From Saprospiraceae bacterium (GTDB taxonomy: Bacteria; Bacteroidota; Bacteroidia; Chitinophagales; Saprospiraceae), in contig JAIYAP010000052.1 of assembly GCA_027488935.1 (NCBI GenBank), forward strand, positions 18,518 through 82,517: a DNA stretch of 64,000 nucleotides, given 5' to 3'. The translations under genes and the position numbers were made by a program. Shown piece after piece: positions 17,463-27,489 of this stretch. The notes under the pieces were generated by a model. The model saw only the letters and a program-made list of their open reading frames with translations, ran no database searches and was not told the DNA's origin. Position 1 is the stretch's first letter. Every line of letters begins with the position of its first letter.

Positions 17463-19211
17463 ATGAATACCGCGCTTTATTTTAATTTCTTCTCGCTTCC
17501 TGTAATCCTGGCTGGAGTCATTACCCTGGCACTTGGGCTTATGGCAACTGGCAAAGGCAACAAGCAAGGTGAGCAGTATTTTTCTTACTTGATGTTTGCC
17601 TGTTTTGGGTATTCAGTGTTTTATACGCTGGAAATCTGCACCATACCGCTTTATTGGATGCAAATTTTTGTCACCCTGGAGTATTTGGGAGCGGTCATGC
17701 TGGGGCCTTTATTGCTGTTATTTGTGCTTAAATACACCTTGCGGTTCAATTGGGTAAAAACGCGATTGGTCTGGTGCATTTTTGCCTTGCCCGTTTTCAA
17801 TCTTTTGTTGGTTTTTACCAATCCGTTGCACCACCTATTTTACCTAAGTTTTTATAAAGCCAATAATGGTTATTTTGATGTGATAGGCTCAGAAAAAGGC
17901 CTTTTTTACTGGGTGCATCAAGGTTATACTATATTTTTGGTTTTATTGAGCAATTCACTGTTAGTCAGGATGGTGTTTAATGTACCAAGGGCCTATTTAA
18001 GTCAAGTGCTCGTAGTCTTAACAGGGTCCTTGTGTTCATGTTTGGCGTATGTCTTGTATTTGACGCAGGCCGTTCCGCTCAACCTCGACCCGGTGCCGTT
18101 TTCCTTTGCCTTGAGCGGCATTGTAATTTACTTAGGTTTGTTCAAATTTGGATTATTCCGCATCATGCCTGTGGTGTATCAGTCTTTATTTAACAACATG
18201 GCCGACGGCGTAATAGTGAGTGATGCCAGTGGGTTGTTGGTGGCCACCAATAAGGCTTCGGTGCGCTTGTTGCAACTCAGCAACCGCAATTTGGGGGTAC
18301 CCGCAGAGCAAGTATTAACCAAATGGCCCGAATTGGTTGAATTAATCAGAAATAATGTAGCAGCAGATGCCATAAAAATAGCGCGAACACATACAGCGGG
18401 CGCACAATGGTTATCGATCGATTGTATGCCAAATATCCACAATGAAGTATTTTTGGGTATGATCATTTTTTTGCGCGATGTAACCCTTCGGCATCAACAT
18501 GAGATGGATTTACTGGAAAAACAACGCATTACAGATGATCAAAATACAAAACTAAAAAGTTTTACCTATATTGTTTCTCATAATATCCGTTCCCATTCTT
18601 CTAACATGGCTGGATTGGTTGCGGTACTCAAAGATGCAGACAACCAGGAAGAGCGAGATCAGTATTTGCAGATGCTCGAAACCAGCACGAAACGTTTAGA
18701 CGAAACCATTCGCAACCTCAATGAGATCATCAGTGTTTCGGAATTACCCATTGCGGCTTTCCTAACCCATCGAAATCTGCGCATGGAAGTTGAAAAGACT
18801 TTGGATATTCTTCAAAACAGTATTCTAAAACATCAAATTGAAATAAAAGTGCACATTCCAGATACATTAGAAGTACAAATAGTCCCTTCTTACTTGGATA
18901 GTATTCTGTTGAATTTGATCGGAAATGCAATTAAGTACCGCTCTGCATTGCGCCCAGGCCATATTCAAATCAGGGCATATACAACAACCAATTCGGTTGT
19001 CCTGGAGGTACAAGACAATGGCATGGGGATTGACCTTGAAAAACATGAAGGTAAGATTTTTGGGATGTACAAAACCTTTCATAAAGTAGCAGATGCACGC
19101 GGTTTTGGCCTGTTTTTAACCAAAACACAAATAGAGGCCATGGGAGGACAAATTTCGGTAGAAAGTATGGTCGAGGTCGGATCTACCTTTCGTGTACGAT
19201 TTGTCATTTAA
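17463..19211 (+). CDS. Sensor histidine kinase (N-terminal 7TM sensor, PAS, HisKA, HATPase_c)
   Basis: Multiple N-terminal TM helices, then a PAS-like region. H-box VSHNIRSH, N-box LIGNAIKY, G1 DNGMGID, G2 GFGLFL. Start placed at ATG 17463, after the upstream hairpin. Confidence 0.8.
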   Translation: MNTALYFNFFSLPVILAGVITLALGLMATGKGNKQGEQYFSYLMFACFGYSVFYTLEICTIPLYWMQIFVTLEYLGAVMLGPLLLLFVLKYTLRFNWVKTRLVWCIFALPVFNLLLVFTNPLHHLFYLSFYKANNGYFDVIGSEKGLFYWVHQGYTIFLVLLSNSLLVRMVFNVPRAYLSQVLVVLTGSLCSCLAYVLYLTQAVPLNLDPVPFSFALSGIVIYLGLFKFGLFRIMPVVYQSLFNNMADGVIVSDASGLLVATNKASVRLLQLSNRNLGVPAEQVLTKWPELVELIRNNVAADAIKIARTHTAGAQWLSIDCMPNIHNEVFLGMIIFLRDVTLRHQHEMDLLEKQRITDDQNTKLKSFTYIVSHNIRSHSSNMAGLVAVLKDADNQEERDQYLQMLETSTKRLDETIRNLNEIISVSELPIAAFLTHRNLRMEVEKTLDILQNSILKHQIEIKVHIPDTLEVQIVPSYLDSILLNLIGNAIKYRSALRPGHIQIRAYTTTNSVVLEVQDNGMGIDLEKHEGKIFGMYKTFHKVADARGFGLFLTKTQIEAMGGQISVESMVEVGSTFRVRFVI

Positions 19212-19295
19212 TCGCAGCCAACAACATTGGCATGTAGCATAGGTGGGTAAGTTGGCATGGAAAATGCATTTTTCTGTCTGAATTTATATTCCTAC

Positions 19296-20528
19296 ATGTT
19301 CCGCCTTTTTAAAAACATAAAACGCCCGCATCACGCTGATTTATTCTGGGTTGCCATCGGTACAGCCTTTGCACTCATTGTTTTTAATCAGCTCCTGATT
19401 CAGTATATGCTGTATCAAAAGGAAAGTGATGTGCGGTTGATCAATCTGGCAGGACGACAGCGGACTTTAAGTCAGCAAGTGACCGTTTTGTTCATGGAGT
19501 CTGAGCAAGATGCATCAAAAGTACCTTTTTTACGCAGCAGTATTTTTGAATGGCGACAGGCACATCATCGTTTATTATATGGCAATGCCAGCATGCATAT
19601 ACCAGCCTGCAAGAATCGAAATGTATTGTTGCAGTTGTTACAGGCCGAGCAAAATATTCGATATGCCGGTTTAAGCTCCGATTCCTTATTGCACGGGCAA
19701 AAAATCAACCTGGCACAAGTGCAAGCCAACCAAGAACACTTCCTCAAACGGATGGAAGGAATTGTGTACGACTTTCAAACGGATGCCGAACATACCCTGC
19801 GCCTCCTTGTCCTCACCGAAATTATGCTCGCCCTGTTTTCTCTGTTCGTGCTGGTCGGTGAATTCTTATTTATTTACAAGCCCGTATTGGATCAATTGTA
19901 CGACCAAAAGCAAATCATTGAATTTGAAAACGAACAAAACCTCGCGACAAAAAACAAACTATTGGCCATCTTAAACAGCACTTCGGATGCCAATATCCTC
20001 ATCGGCTTGAAATTTGAAATCCTTTCTATTAATAAAACTGCCGAACGTATACTCAAAAAACATTTTCGTAAGACTGCCGTAGAGATGCAAAGCATCTTGC
20101 CGTTTATTGTTCCTGCCGATTTGGAATCCTTCAGAAACAACTTTGCCAATGCTGTTTTAGGGGAAACAACCAAAGTTCGAAAAAAACTACAATTCGAAGA
20201 TGACAGCTGCTGGTTTGAACTTACCTATGCCCCGGTGTATAATGATGGCGGTAAAATAATTGGGGTGAGCTTTAATGCAAAAGATATTCAAGTAGCCCAA
20301 AAACGATTTGAAAAACTTCAGGAGATCTCCTGGACACATTCACATGAATTGCGCCGCCCCGTTTCTAATATTATGGGACTCATGCAATTGGTGGAATGGG
20401 ATAAACTGGATGATGAAAACAAAAAACTATTTCAATATTTTGATACCGTTGCAAAAGATTTAGACCGGGTTATTCATAAAGTGGTAGGCGCTTCCAATGA
20501 AACAGAACGCGTTGTCGATGAAATGTAA
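19296..20528 (+). CDS. Membrane sensor protein with PilJ/NarX-type periplasmic domain, PAS and DHp (HisKA) domain but no ATPase domain
   Basis: INLAGRQRTLSQQV motif, a TM segment and a PAS-like region. H-box WTHSHELRRPVSNIMG. The ORF ends about 70 aa after the H-box, with no N, G1 or G2 boxes. The start is uncertain (19257 or 19296). Confidence 0.65.
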   Translation: MFRLFKNIKRPHHADLFWVAIGTAFALIVFNQLLIQYMLYQKESDVRLINLAGRQRTLSQQVTVLFMESEQDASKVPFLRSSIFEWRQAHHRLLYGNASMHIPACKNRNVLLQLLQAEQNIRYAGLSSDSLLHGQKINLAQVQANQEHFLKRMEGIVYDFQTDAEHTLRLLVLTEIMLALFSLFVLVGEFLFIYKPVLDQLYDQKQIIEFENEQNLATKNKLLAILNSTSDANILIGLKFEILSINKTAERILKKHFRKTAVEMQSILPFIVPADLESFRNNFANAVLGETTKVRKKLQFEDDSCWFELTYAPVYNDGGKIIGVSFNAKDIQVAQKRFEKLQEISWTHSHELRRPVSNIMGLMQLVEWDKLDDENKKLFQYFDTVAKDLDRVIHKVVGASNETERVVDEM

Positions 20529-20763
20529 ATACAATGTGCGCTTTATAAAACTAAATTATTCTTATAAATAAACAATGTGAAAATTTAATATTTGTTTTAT
20601 GGTACATAATTGTGTAGTTGTTGGCTTTTTTTGTACGCGGCTTTCCGACAACTACCCAAACCGGCAAGGTTTTTGCACTTTTATAGACAAAAAACAAAAC
20701 AAAATGCTACCCGCTTTTCTTAGCGCGCATTTTTAAAAACATATACACTAGGGAGATTTTTGA

Positions 20764-20797
20764 CCTCGCCTGCTGGAAAAGCAGACGGGGTTTTTTT
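20764..20797 (+). terminator. Terminator-like hairpin with T7 upstream of lysS
   Basis: cctcgcctgct, ggaaaa, agcagacgggg, then ttttttt. Confidence 0.5.
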
Positions 20798-20863
20798 ATT
20801 TCAAAATATCCTATCATTTGCTCTATTTTTGCGCCCTCAACAGCAACACAGAAATTCTACGGA

Positions 20864-22393
20864 ATGACAGAACAAGAATTACTTCGCCGCGAATCACTTC
20901 AAAAACTACGGGAATTAGGCATCGATCCTTATCCACCTGAAATGTTTGAGGTCTCGGCTTTTGCCGCCGATATTATTGCCAATTACCAGGAAGAAGTGCT
21001 GGAAGATGGTACCAAAAATCGTTTAAACTACCATAGTGTTGCATTGGCGGGCCGACTTATGGCCAGTCGCGAGGCGGGTAAAGCCTTGTTTATGAACTTG
21101 CAGGATAGCACCGGACGGATTCAATTGTACCTGCGCCGCGATGATTTAATGCAAGGGGAAGACGGTACTTTTTTTGATGTGGTGATCAAGAAATTACTTG
21201 ATCTGGGCGATTATATCGGCATCAAAGGTTTTGCTTTCCGCACTAAAACGGGAGAAGTTTCCGTGCACGTACAGGAATTCAAACTGCTTTCCAAAAGTTT
21301 GCGTCCATTACCCATCGTGAAACGCGATGCAGAAGGCAATATCTTCGACGCCTTTACCGATCCCGAACAACGTTACCGCATGCGTTATGTGGATTTGACG
21401 GTCAATCCCGATGTGCGTCAAATTTTCATCAAACGCAGCAAATTGGTGCGTACCATGCGCAATTTCCTCGATGAATTGGGTTTGTTGGAGGTAGAAACGC
21501 CCATTCTGCAAGCAATTCACGGTGGTGCAGCAGCACGTCCGTTCAAGACACACCACAACACCCTGGATATGCCGCTGTTTTTGCGGATTGCCAATGAATT
21601 GTACCTCAAACGCCTGATTGTGGGCGGTTTTGATGGCGTATATGAATTTGGTAAAATGTTCCGCAATGAAGGCATGGACCGCACCCACAATCCGGAATTT
21701 ACGGCGCTTGAGTTTTATGTAGCCTACAAAGACTACAACTGGATGATGGATGTAACTGAGCAAATGCTGGAACGGGTCGCGCGCGCATTGGATGAAAATG
21801 GCGGAACAACCGTGCAGGCTGGCGAAAATGTGATCGAATTTGCCGGACCCTACACACGCCTGACCATGTTTGATGCCATCAAACAATACACCGGTTTGGA
21901 TGTAGAAGCGTCTGACGAAAGTACATTGCGCACCTACTGCCGCGAAAACCACATAGAAATCGATGCTTCGATGGGTAAAGCCAAACTCATCGATGAAATT
22001 TTTGGTGAAAAAGTAGAAGAATTCCTGATTCAACCGACCTTCTTGATCGATTATCCGGTGGAAATGTCGCCATTGACCAAAAAACACCGCAGCAAACCTG
22101 GTTTGGTGGAGCGTTTTGAATTGTTTATCAATGGCAAAGAGGTCGCCAATGCCTATACGGAGTTAAATGACCCGATTGATCAGCGCGAACGCTTTGAAGA
22201 ACAATTGGCCCTGGCAGCCCGCGGCGACGAAGAAGCAATGGCGATGGATGATGATTTCCTGCGCTCGCTGGAGTACGCGATGCCGCCTACTGCCGGTATC
22301 GGATTCGGCATTGATCGATTGACGATGTTGTTTACAGGGCAAACCAGCATACAAGAGGTGTTGTTTTTCCCACAAATGCGGCCGGAGAAATAG
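20864..22393 (+). CDS. lysS: Lysine--tRNA ligase, class II
   Basis: 509 aa. Motifs [20 protein letters not shown] and [12 protein letters not shown]. Confidence 0.95.
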   Translation: MTEQELLRRESLQKLRELGIDPYPPEMFEVSAFAADIIANYQEEVLEDGTKNRLNYHSVALAGRLMASREAGKALFMNLQDSTGRIQLYLRRDDLMQGEDGTFFDVVIKKLLDLGDYIGIKGFAFRTKTGEVSVHVQEFKLLSKSLRPLPIVKRDAEGNIFDAFTDPEQRYRMRYVDLTVNPDVRQIFIKRSKLVRTMRNFLDELGLLEVETPILQAIHGGAAARPFKTHHNTLDMPLFLRIANELYLKRLIVGGFDGVYEFGKMFRNEGMDRTHNPEFTALEFYVAYKDYNWMMDVTEQMLERVARALDENGGTTVQAGENVIEFAGPYTRLTMFDAIKQYTGLDVEASDESTLRTYCRENHIEIDASMGKAKLIDEIFGEKVEEFLIQPTFLIDYPVEMSPLTKKHRSKPGLVERFELFINGKEVANAYTELNDPIDQRERFEEQLALAARGDEEAMAMDDDFLRSLEYAMPPTAGIGFGIDRLTMLFTGQTSIQEVLFFPQMRPEK

Positions 22394-22397
22394 GTTT

Positions 22398-22997
22398 ATG
22401 GATTTTTTAAAACAACATATCGAGGCGCTCATATTTGCATCACCTTCCGCCATTCCCTTTGCGGAAATACAATCCGTTTTGCAGGAAAGTTTTCAAACGG
22501 AAGTATCCACCGAAGCAATCGAGTCGGCCCTTGAGCAAATACGCAATACGTTTTTGCAAGAGCAATTCGCGTTTGAACTGGTAGAAATAGCCGGTGGGTA
22601 CCAGTTTTTGACCAAAGGGGCCTTCCACAATACCGTATCCATTCACCTAAAACAAACGACTAAAAAACGCCTTTCGCAAGCAGCATTGGAAACCTTGGCC
22701 ATCACAGCCTACAAACAACCCGTCAGCCGTTCGGAGCTCGAAGAAATTCGGGGCGTAAACTGTGATTATGCGCTGCAAAAACTTTTGGAGAAAGAACTTG
22801 TTGTAATTGTGGGCAGAAGCGAAGGTCCAGGCAGGCCGCTCTTGTATGGCACGACCGAAAAATTCATGGACTATATGGGCATCAAATCGCTCAAAGATTT
22901 GCCCAAAACCAAGGATTTTAAAGAGGTGGAAAATGCCATTGGAACATCTGAATCACCTGAATCTGAACCAAGTTCCGCCCCCAATCCTGCCGAATAA
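22398..22997 (+). CDS. scpB: SMC-Scp complex subunit ScpB
   Basis: IEALIFAS, GGYQFLTK, LSQAALETLAITAYKQPVSRSELEEIRGV, GRPLLYGTT. Confidence 0.9.
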   Translation: MDFLKQHIEALIFASPSAIPFAEIQSVLQESFQTEVSTEAIESALEQIRNTFLQEQFAFELVEIAGGYQFLTKGAFHNTVSIHLKQTTKKRLSQAALETLAITAYKQPVSRSELEEIRGVNCDYALQKLLEKELVVIVGRSEGPGRPLLYGTTEKFMDYMGIKSLKDLPKTKDFKEVENAIGTSESPESEPSSAPNPAE

Positions 22998-23011
22998 CAA
23001 GCATTTATACC

Positions 23012-23524
23012 ATGGAAACTGCACCATTAGTCAATAAAGTCGCTGCAAGCAACCTGATCACCATTGATCTGGAAGATTTTTATCCCGCAGGCGATGTTGT
23101 ATCCTTCGACTTGAAGGATTACCTCTTTATGGAACTGATCCTAAAAGAAAAAGACTTCCGGGAGGCCCTGAAAGCGCACGACTGGACGCAATATAAAGGT
23201 AAAAATCTGCTGGTTTTTTGCTCGGCCGACGCGATCATTCCAATGTGGGCCTATATGTTGGTGGCTTCTTATGCTGCCCCTTTTGCTTTAGATATTGCCC
23301 AAACAACGCCCGACCAATACATTGAAACGGCTTATACCAAGAAACTTGCCGGCCTGGATTTGTCGGAATACGAAGGCAAACGCCTGGTAATCAAAGGTTG
23401 CAGTGACAAACCAGTGCCCGCATCTGCTTATCTCGAAATTACCCGCCGGTTGCAGGGAACCGCGCTGAGCATCATGTTTGGAGAGCCTTGTTCAACAGTG
23501 CCTGTATATAAAAAGCCTTTATAA
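23012..23524 (+). CDS. DUF2480 family protein
   Basis: 170 aa. NLITIDLEDFYP, KEKDFREALKAHDW and CSADAIIPMWAYML resemble the Bacteroidota DUF2480 family as I recall it. Confidence 0.55.
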   Translation: METAPLVNKVAASNLITIDLEDFYPAGDVVSFDLKDYLFMELILKEKDFREALKAHDWTQYKGKNLLVFCSADAIIPMWAYMLVASYAAPFALDIAQTTPDQYIETAYTKKLAGLDLSEYEGKRLVIKGCSDKPVPASAYLEITRRLQGTALSIMFGEPCSTVPVYKKPL

Positions 23525-24133
23525 TTGCGCTAACTCCGCTTGCAGGTTCTTTCTGGCGCTAGCTTCATACTTTTCTTGAAAATACCTGGTTTTGAAAATG
23601 GTATCCATACCCAAAAAATGCTGGAGCACCTTTTTTCTGCCAGGACGATACAACAGATCGGGATACATCGCGTATTCCTTGCGAATTTGTTGTGTATAGG
23701 TCTTATAAATTGAAAACCCCTGCCCTAAAATTGATAAATCGGCGTCTAAAAACAGATTAGTATCCGGGTCGCTACTTTCGACATGACTTTTGGTCGCTAT
23801 TATTTGTGCCTTACAACGGGATATGCGCGCGGGTGGGTAACCCAAAGCGCTTAAATGCGCTTCCGCAATCTCAGCGCTTTTTTCTTCATTGTCTTTCCTG
23901 AGCGCGTTGTAAATAATATCATGATAGAACAGCGTAAATAAAAAGGTATCCCAATCCTCAATGTCCGTTTTTAAAGGTAAAACCTGTCCATAAAGATGCT
24001 CTAGGTGTACCAAAGTGTGATAAAACCTACCAGCACCGCCATAATTAACTGCTATTTCCTGCCAATAAGTTTCTATCAAATCAGTATGCTGGCTATACGG
24101 TTCCAATAACGAAAGAAAGGTTGACTTGAGCAT
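23519..24133 (-). CDS. HD-domain metal-dependent phosphohydrolase-like protein (COG4339-like)
   Basis: YHTLVHLEHL and FYHDIIY motifs. 204 aa. Last gene of the ABC-GNAT-HD minus-strand operon. Confidence 0.55.
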   Translation of the reverse strand: MLKSTFLSLLEPYSQHTDLIETYWQEIAVNYGGAGRFYHTLVHLEHLYGQVLPLKTDIEDWDTFLFTLFYHDIIYNALRKDNEEKSAEIAEAHLSALGYPPARISRCKAQIIATKSHVESSDPDTNLFLDADLSILGQGFSIYKTYTQQIRKEYAMYPDLLYRPGRKKVLQHFLGMDTIFKTRYFQEKYEASARKNLQAELAQL

Positions 24134-24141
24134 TTCTTTTC

Positions 24142-24591
24142 CTAGATGAATTTTTCAAAACACAAACTATCCACAACCCCTTCATACTGCCCATAATTCG
24201 GAATCAGTAAATACCCGTTCTTTTTGTATAAAGCAATCGCCTCAGGCTGACGAACACCCGTTTCGAGGATACATTTTGCGCTACCCAGTGCGCGCGCCCA
24301 GTTCTCCAATTCAGATAAAATAAGAGACGCAATGCCTTTTTGCCTTCCGTCTGGGGCAACAAACATGCGCTTAACTTCCATAACACCAGGCTCAAAGTCC
24401 TTAATAGCACCACATCCAACCGCTACATCGTGGCGATAAGCCAGTACAACATACTGAATTTTATCAATTTTATTGAACTGGTTATAAAAAGCATGATCGG
24501 CTCCATCCCGAATTGCAAGTTCCTGATCGAGTAAAACGACCAATGCTTGAAAATCGGGATGGGTAAAATCGGTGCGGACGAATCGTATCAT
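24142..24591 (-). CDS. GNAT family N-acetyltransferase
   Basis: 149 aa. Acetyl-CoA binding segment RQKGIASLIL, then YKKNGY. Confidence 0.8.
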   Translation of the reverse strand: MIRFVRTDFTHPDFQALVVLLDQELAIRDGADHAFYNQFNKIDKIQYVVLAYRHDVAVGCGAIKDFEPGVMEVKRMFVAPDGRQKGIASLILSELENWARALGSAKCILETGVRQPEAIALYKKNGYLLIPNYGQYEGVVDSLCFEKFI

Positions 24592-24605
24592 GCCATGCGC
24601 AGCGT

Positions 24606-26378
24606 TTAGTTTTCTTCAACACGTTCAACGGCTTGAATGAATTGCCGCTCATACAATTCCCGGTATTTCCCATGTTCATGTTGAATCAACTGCTCGTGCG
24701 GGCCAAATTCCTGCACCACTCCTTTATCCAGCACCAGGATATTGCTGGCGTGACGAATGGTCGACAAACGATGGGCAATAATGATACTCGTGCGTCGATC
24801 AATTAAAGTCTCAATCGCATGCTGGATGATCGATTCAGATTCTGGGTCAATCGAAGAAGTGGCTTCGTCGAGAATCAAAATATCGGGGTTGAACACCAGC
24901 GCGCGCACAAAGGAAATCAATTGGCGTTGTCCCATCGATAAGGTTGCGCCGCGTTCCATCACTTCATATTGATAGCCGCCTGGCAAACGTTCTATAAATG
25001 CATGCGCGCCAATCATTTTGGCCGCCTCAATGACCGTCGCCTCGCTTATGTTAGGGTCCCGCAGGGTAATGTTCTCCAACACCGTACCGGAAAACAGAAA
25101 AACATCTTGCAAAACCACCGCAATTCGACGGCGCAAGGCAAATACTTCATATTCGTGAATATCGTGGTTGTCAATCAAAATTCGACCGCCCTGAATTTCA
25201 TAAAACCGATTGAGCAAGTTGATAATGGTCGTTTTCCCGCTGCCTGTGCTGCCCACGATGGCCAGGGTTTCGCCAGGCTGTATTTTAAATGAAACCGATT
25301 TCAAAATGGGGTTATCCTCCAAATACGAAAAATCAACCTGTTCAAATTCTATCCGACCTTCTATTTTCTGAGGAGCAAGCGTGCCGGTATTGTTTACACT
25401 ATCCGTATTTTCCAGCAATGTAAATACCCGTTCTGCTGCAATCAATCCCATTTGCAAGGTGTTAAATTTATCCGCAAGCATCCGAATTGGCCGGTACAAC
25501 ATGGAAATATACAAAGGAAAGGCCACCATGGTGCCAATCGTAATGTCGTCCGACAAAACCCCACGTGCGCCGTACCACACCATCATGCCCAAAGAAAGTG
25601 CTGAAATGATATCCACCACCGGAAAGAAAATAGCATATGCCGTAATGGCTTTCAGGTTGGCAGTAGTGTAGTCGCGGTTGATGGTCCGAAATTTGTCGGC
25701 CTCGCGTTTTTCAGCATTGAAAATCTGCACTATGCGCATGCCACTGATACGTTCCTGCAGGTAAGCATTCATCGTGGCAACGTGGTTGCGCACTTTCTCA
25801 TAACTTTTCCGAACGCTTTCCTTAAATTGATAACTACCCCAAATGAGCAGCGGAAATACAGAAAGAACCACCAACGTGAGTTGCCAGGATGTATAAAACA
25901 TAATCGCCGTAACAGCAGTCAAGGTCAAAATATCGGCCATAATGGTGATACTGCCTTCCGAAAATACCGTATTGATCGATTCAATATCATTGATGGTGCG
26001 CGTAGTGCTCGTACCAATCGGGGTTTTATCAAAATACCGCAAATTCAGATTCGTAACATGCCGAAATACCTTCACACGCAAATCACGAATGGTAGCCTGG
26101 CCGAGCCAATCAGCGTAATACAGGAAAAAATACCGCAAAACTACTTCCAGGATCAACAGGCCAAAAATACCACAAGCAATCAGGGTCATCCCCTGTACAT
26201 CCCCTTTAAAAATATGATCATCCACCATTTTTTGCAATAACAAGGGTCGTAGTGGACCTAAATTGGCCAATATTACAGCAAGGCCAGCGGTAAAATAGAA
26301 GGTGCGCTTGTAGGGCTTTACCATAGAAAGCACCCGTCGGAACAGCGAATAGTTAAACTTTTGTGCAGGTTGGGACAT
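24606..26378 (-). CDS. ABC exporter, fused permease/ATPase (MsbA/MdlB type)
   Basis: Six-TM N-terminal half. Walker A GSTGSGKTT, signature LSMGQRQ, Walker B ILILDEATS, H-loop IIAHRL. Confidence 0.9.
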   Translation of the reverse strand: MSQPAQKFNYSLFRRVLSMVKPYKRTFYFTAGLAVILANLGPLRPLLLQKMVDDHIFKGDVQGMTLIACGIFGLLILEVVLRYFFLYYADWLGQATIRDLRVKVFRHVTNLNLRYFDKTPIGTSTTRTINDIESINTVFSEGSITIMADILTLTAVTAIMFYTSWQLTLVVLSVFPLLIWGSYQFKESVRKSYEKVRNHVATMNAYLQERISGMRIVQIFNAEKREADKFRTINRDYTTANLKAITAYAIFFPVVDIISALSLGMMVWYGARGVLSDDITIGTMVAFPLYISMLYRPIRMLADKFNTLQMGLIAAERVFTLLENTDSVNNTGTLAPQKIEGRIEFEQVDFSYLEDNPILKSVSFKIQPGETLAIVGSTGSGKTTIINLLNRFYEIQGGRILIDNHDIHEYEVFALRRRIAVVLQDVFLFSGTVLENITLRDPNISEATVIEAAKMIGAHAFIERLPGGYQYEVMERGATLSMGQRQLISFVRALVFNPDILILDEATSSIDPESESIIQHAIETLIDRRTSIIIAHRLSTIRHASNILVLDKGVVQEFGPHEQLIQHEHGKYRELYERQFIQAVERVEEN

Positions 26379-26489
26379 CCGTTGATGGTTTTTAGGCTAT
26401 GGGGAAGCGTGCAAACTTAAATCTCAGAACTAAAACCGATTTGGCACCCGCAAAGTTCGAAAATTTGTAAACAACCCGCAGATTTAATT

Positions 26490-26521
26490 AAAAAAAGCCC
26501 ATCGTCTTTCGACCATGGGCT
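26490..26521 (-). terminator. Intrinsic terminator-like hairpin with U7 tract, read on the minus strand
   Basis: The minus strand reads AGCCCAUGGUC-GAAA-GACGAUGGGCU followed by UUUUUUU. It lies about 110 nt upstream of the ABC exporter start, and no annotated minus-strand gene ends there. Confidence 0.5.
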
Positions 26522-26797
26522 ATAAAACCAACTCTGTTGTATGAAGCAAAATTATGTAAGCGTGTTCATGTAAATGATGACAATGGAACGAATGGGCACC
26601 TTGCTTCGTGCGCATTAAGATGATAAAGTTATGTTAAATTTTATTATTTGCACGATTATTTAAATAGCAAGCCTATAAACTGCTCACTTGGTCGGATATT
26701 ATACCATATTGGCCGATTCTATGATTGTACAATGCCGCAAGAAGGACTAGATTTCGTGCACAAATCGGATTCAACTTTCAACTAACATTTCAAAATT

Positions 26798-27367
26798 ATG
26801 GAAACCAACCTAAACACAATCCCTGATCCTTCAACCGTTTCTTACCGCCAACAAGCCATTCGCGCCGGATTGATCCTGGCCGTCATCTCCATCTTCATCG
26901 GCTTGATCACCTATGTCGGAGGCCTGACTGAAATGATGCTTAAAAACCAAAGTATATCTACGGTACTTAACTTCATTTCCTTTGGTATCGCCTTGTATGT
27001 CATTTATGATACTTGCATCAAGCATCGCCAGCAAGACCTCGGTGGTTACATCAGTTTAGGCCGTTGCATGGGCATCGGAACCTTGAGCGGGCTGGTGAGT
27101 GGCCTGATTTATGGCGTATGGGCGGTTGTTTTCATGACCTATATTGCGCCAGAATTGATGGACCAAATTATAAATTCAAGTATGGAAAAAATGGCTGAAA
27201 AAGGATTGAGTGAGTCGGAAATTGAAGCACAAATGAAAATTGCCGGAATGTTCTTCACCCCTACCGCCTTCTTTTTCATATCCTTGATATCTGGTATTTT
27301 CACGAACTTTTTAGCAGGCTTACTTGTCGGTTTGGTGGTTAAAAAGGAACGACCTTTCGCAAAATAG
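26798..27367 (+). CDS. DUF4199-like integral membrane protein
   Basis: 189 aa, 4 predicted TM helices. N-terminus AIRAGLILAVISIFIGLITYVGGL is typical of DUF4199. Confidence 0.5.
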   Translation: METNLNTIPDPSTVSYRQQAIRAGLILAVISIFIGLITYVGGLTEMMLKNQSISTVLNFISFGIALYVIYDTCIKHRQQDLGGYISLGRCMGIGTLSGLVSGLIYGVWAVVFMTYIAPELMDQIINSSMEKMAEKGLSESEIEAQMKIAGMFFTPTAFFFISLISGIFTNFLAGLLVGLVVKKERPFAK

Positions 27368-27391
27368 TCCATTTTTTTACCCGGTAAATAT

Positions 27392-27433
27392 TAAGTGGCG
27401 TATGTGCAAAGCAATTTACACATACGCCACTTA
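27392..27433 (+). other. Perfect 15-bp stem-loop between two DUF4199-like genes
   Basis: taagtggcgtatgtg, a 12-nt loop, then cacatacgccactta. No U-tract follows. Confidence 0.6.
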
Positions 27434-27489
27434 CATTTGTCCCCGCTGGCATATCGCCACAAGGTTTATTTTTTACCCAATTCATTTTT

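Noticed and set aside
23519-23524. Convergent genes overlapping by 6 nt through the shared palindromic stops TTATAA. There is also a 4-nt convergent overlap at 58693-58696.
   Set aside because: This is a real feature of the sequence but a common consequence of compact genomes. There is no room for a terminator and nothing suggests a regulatory role.
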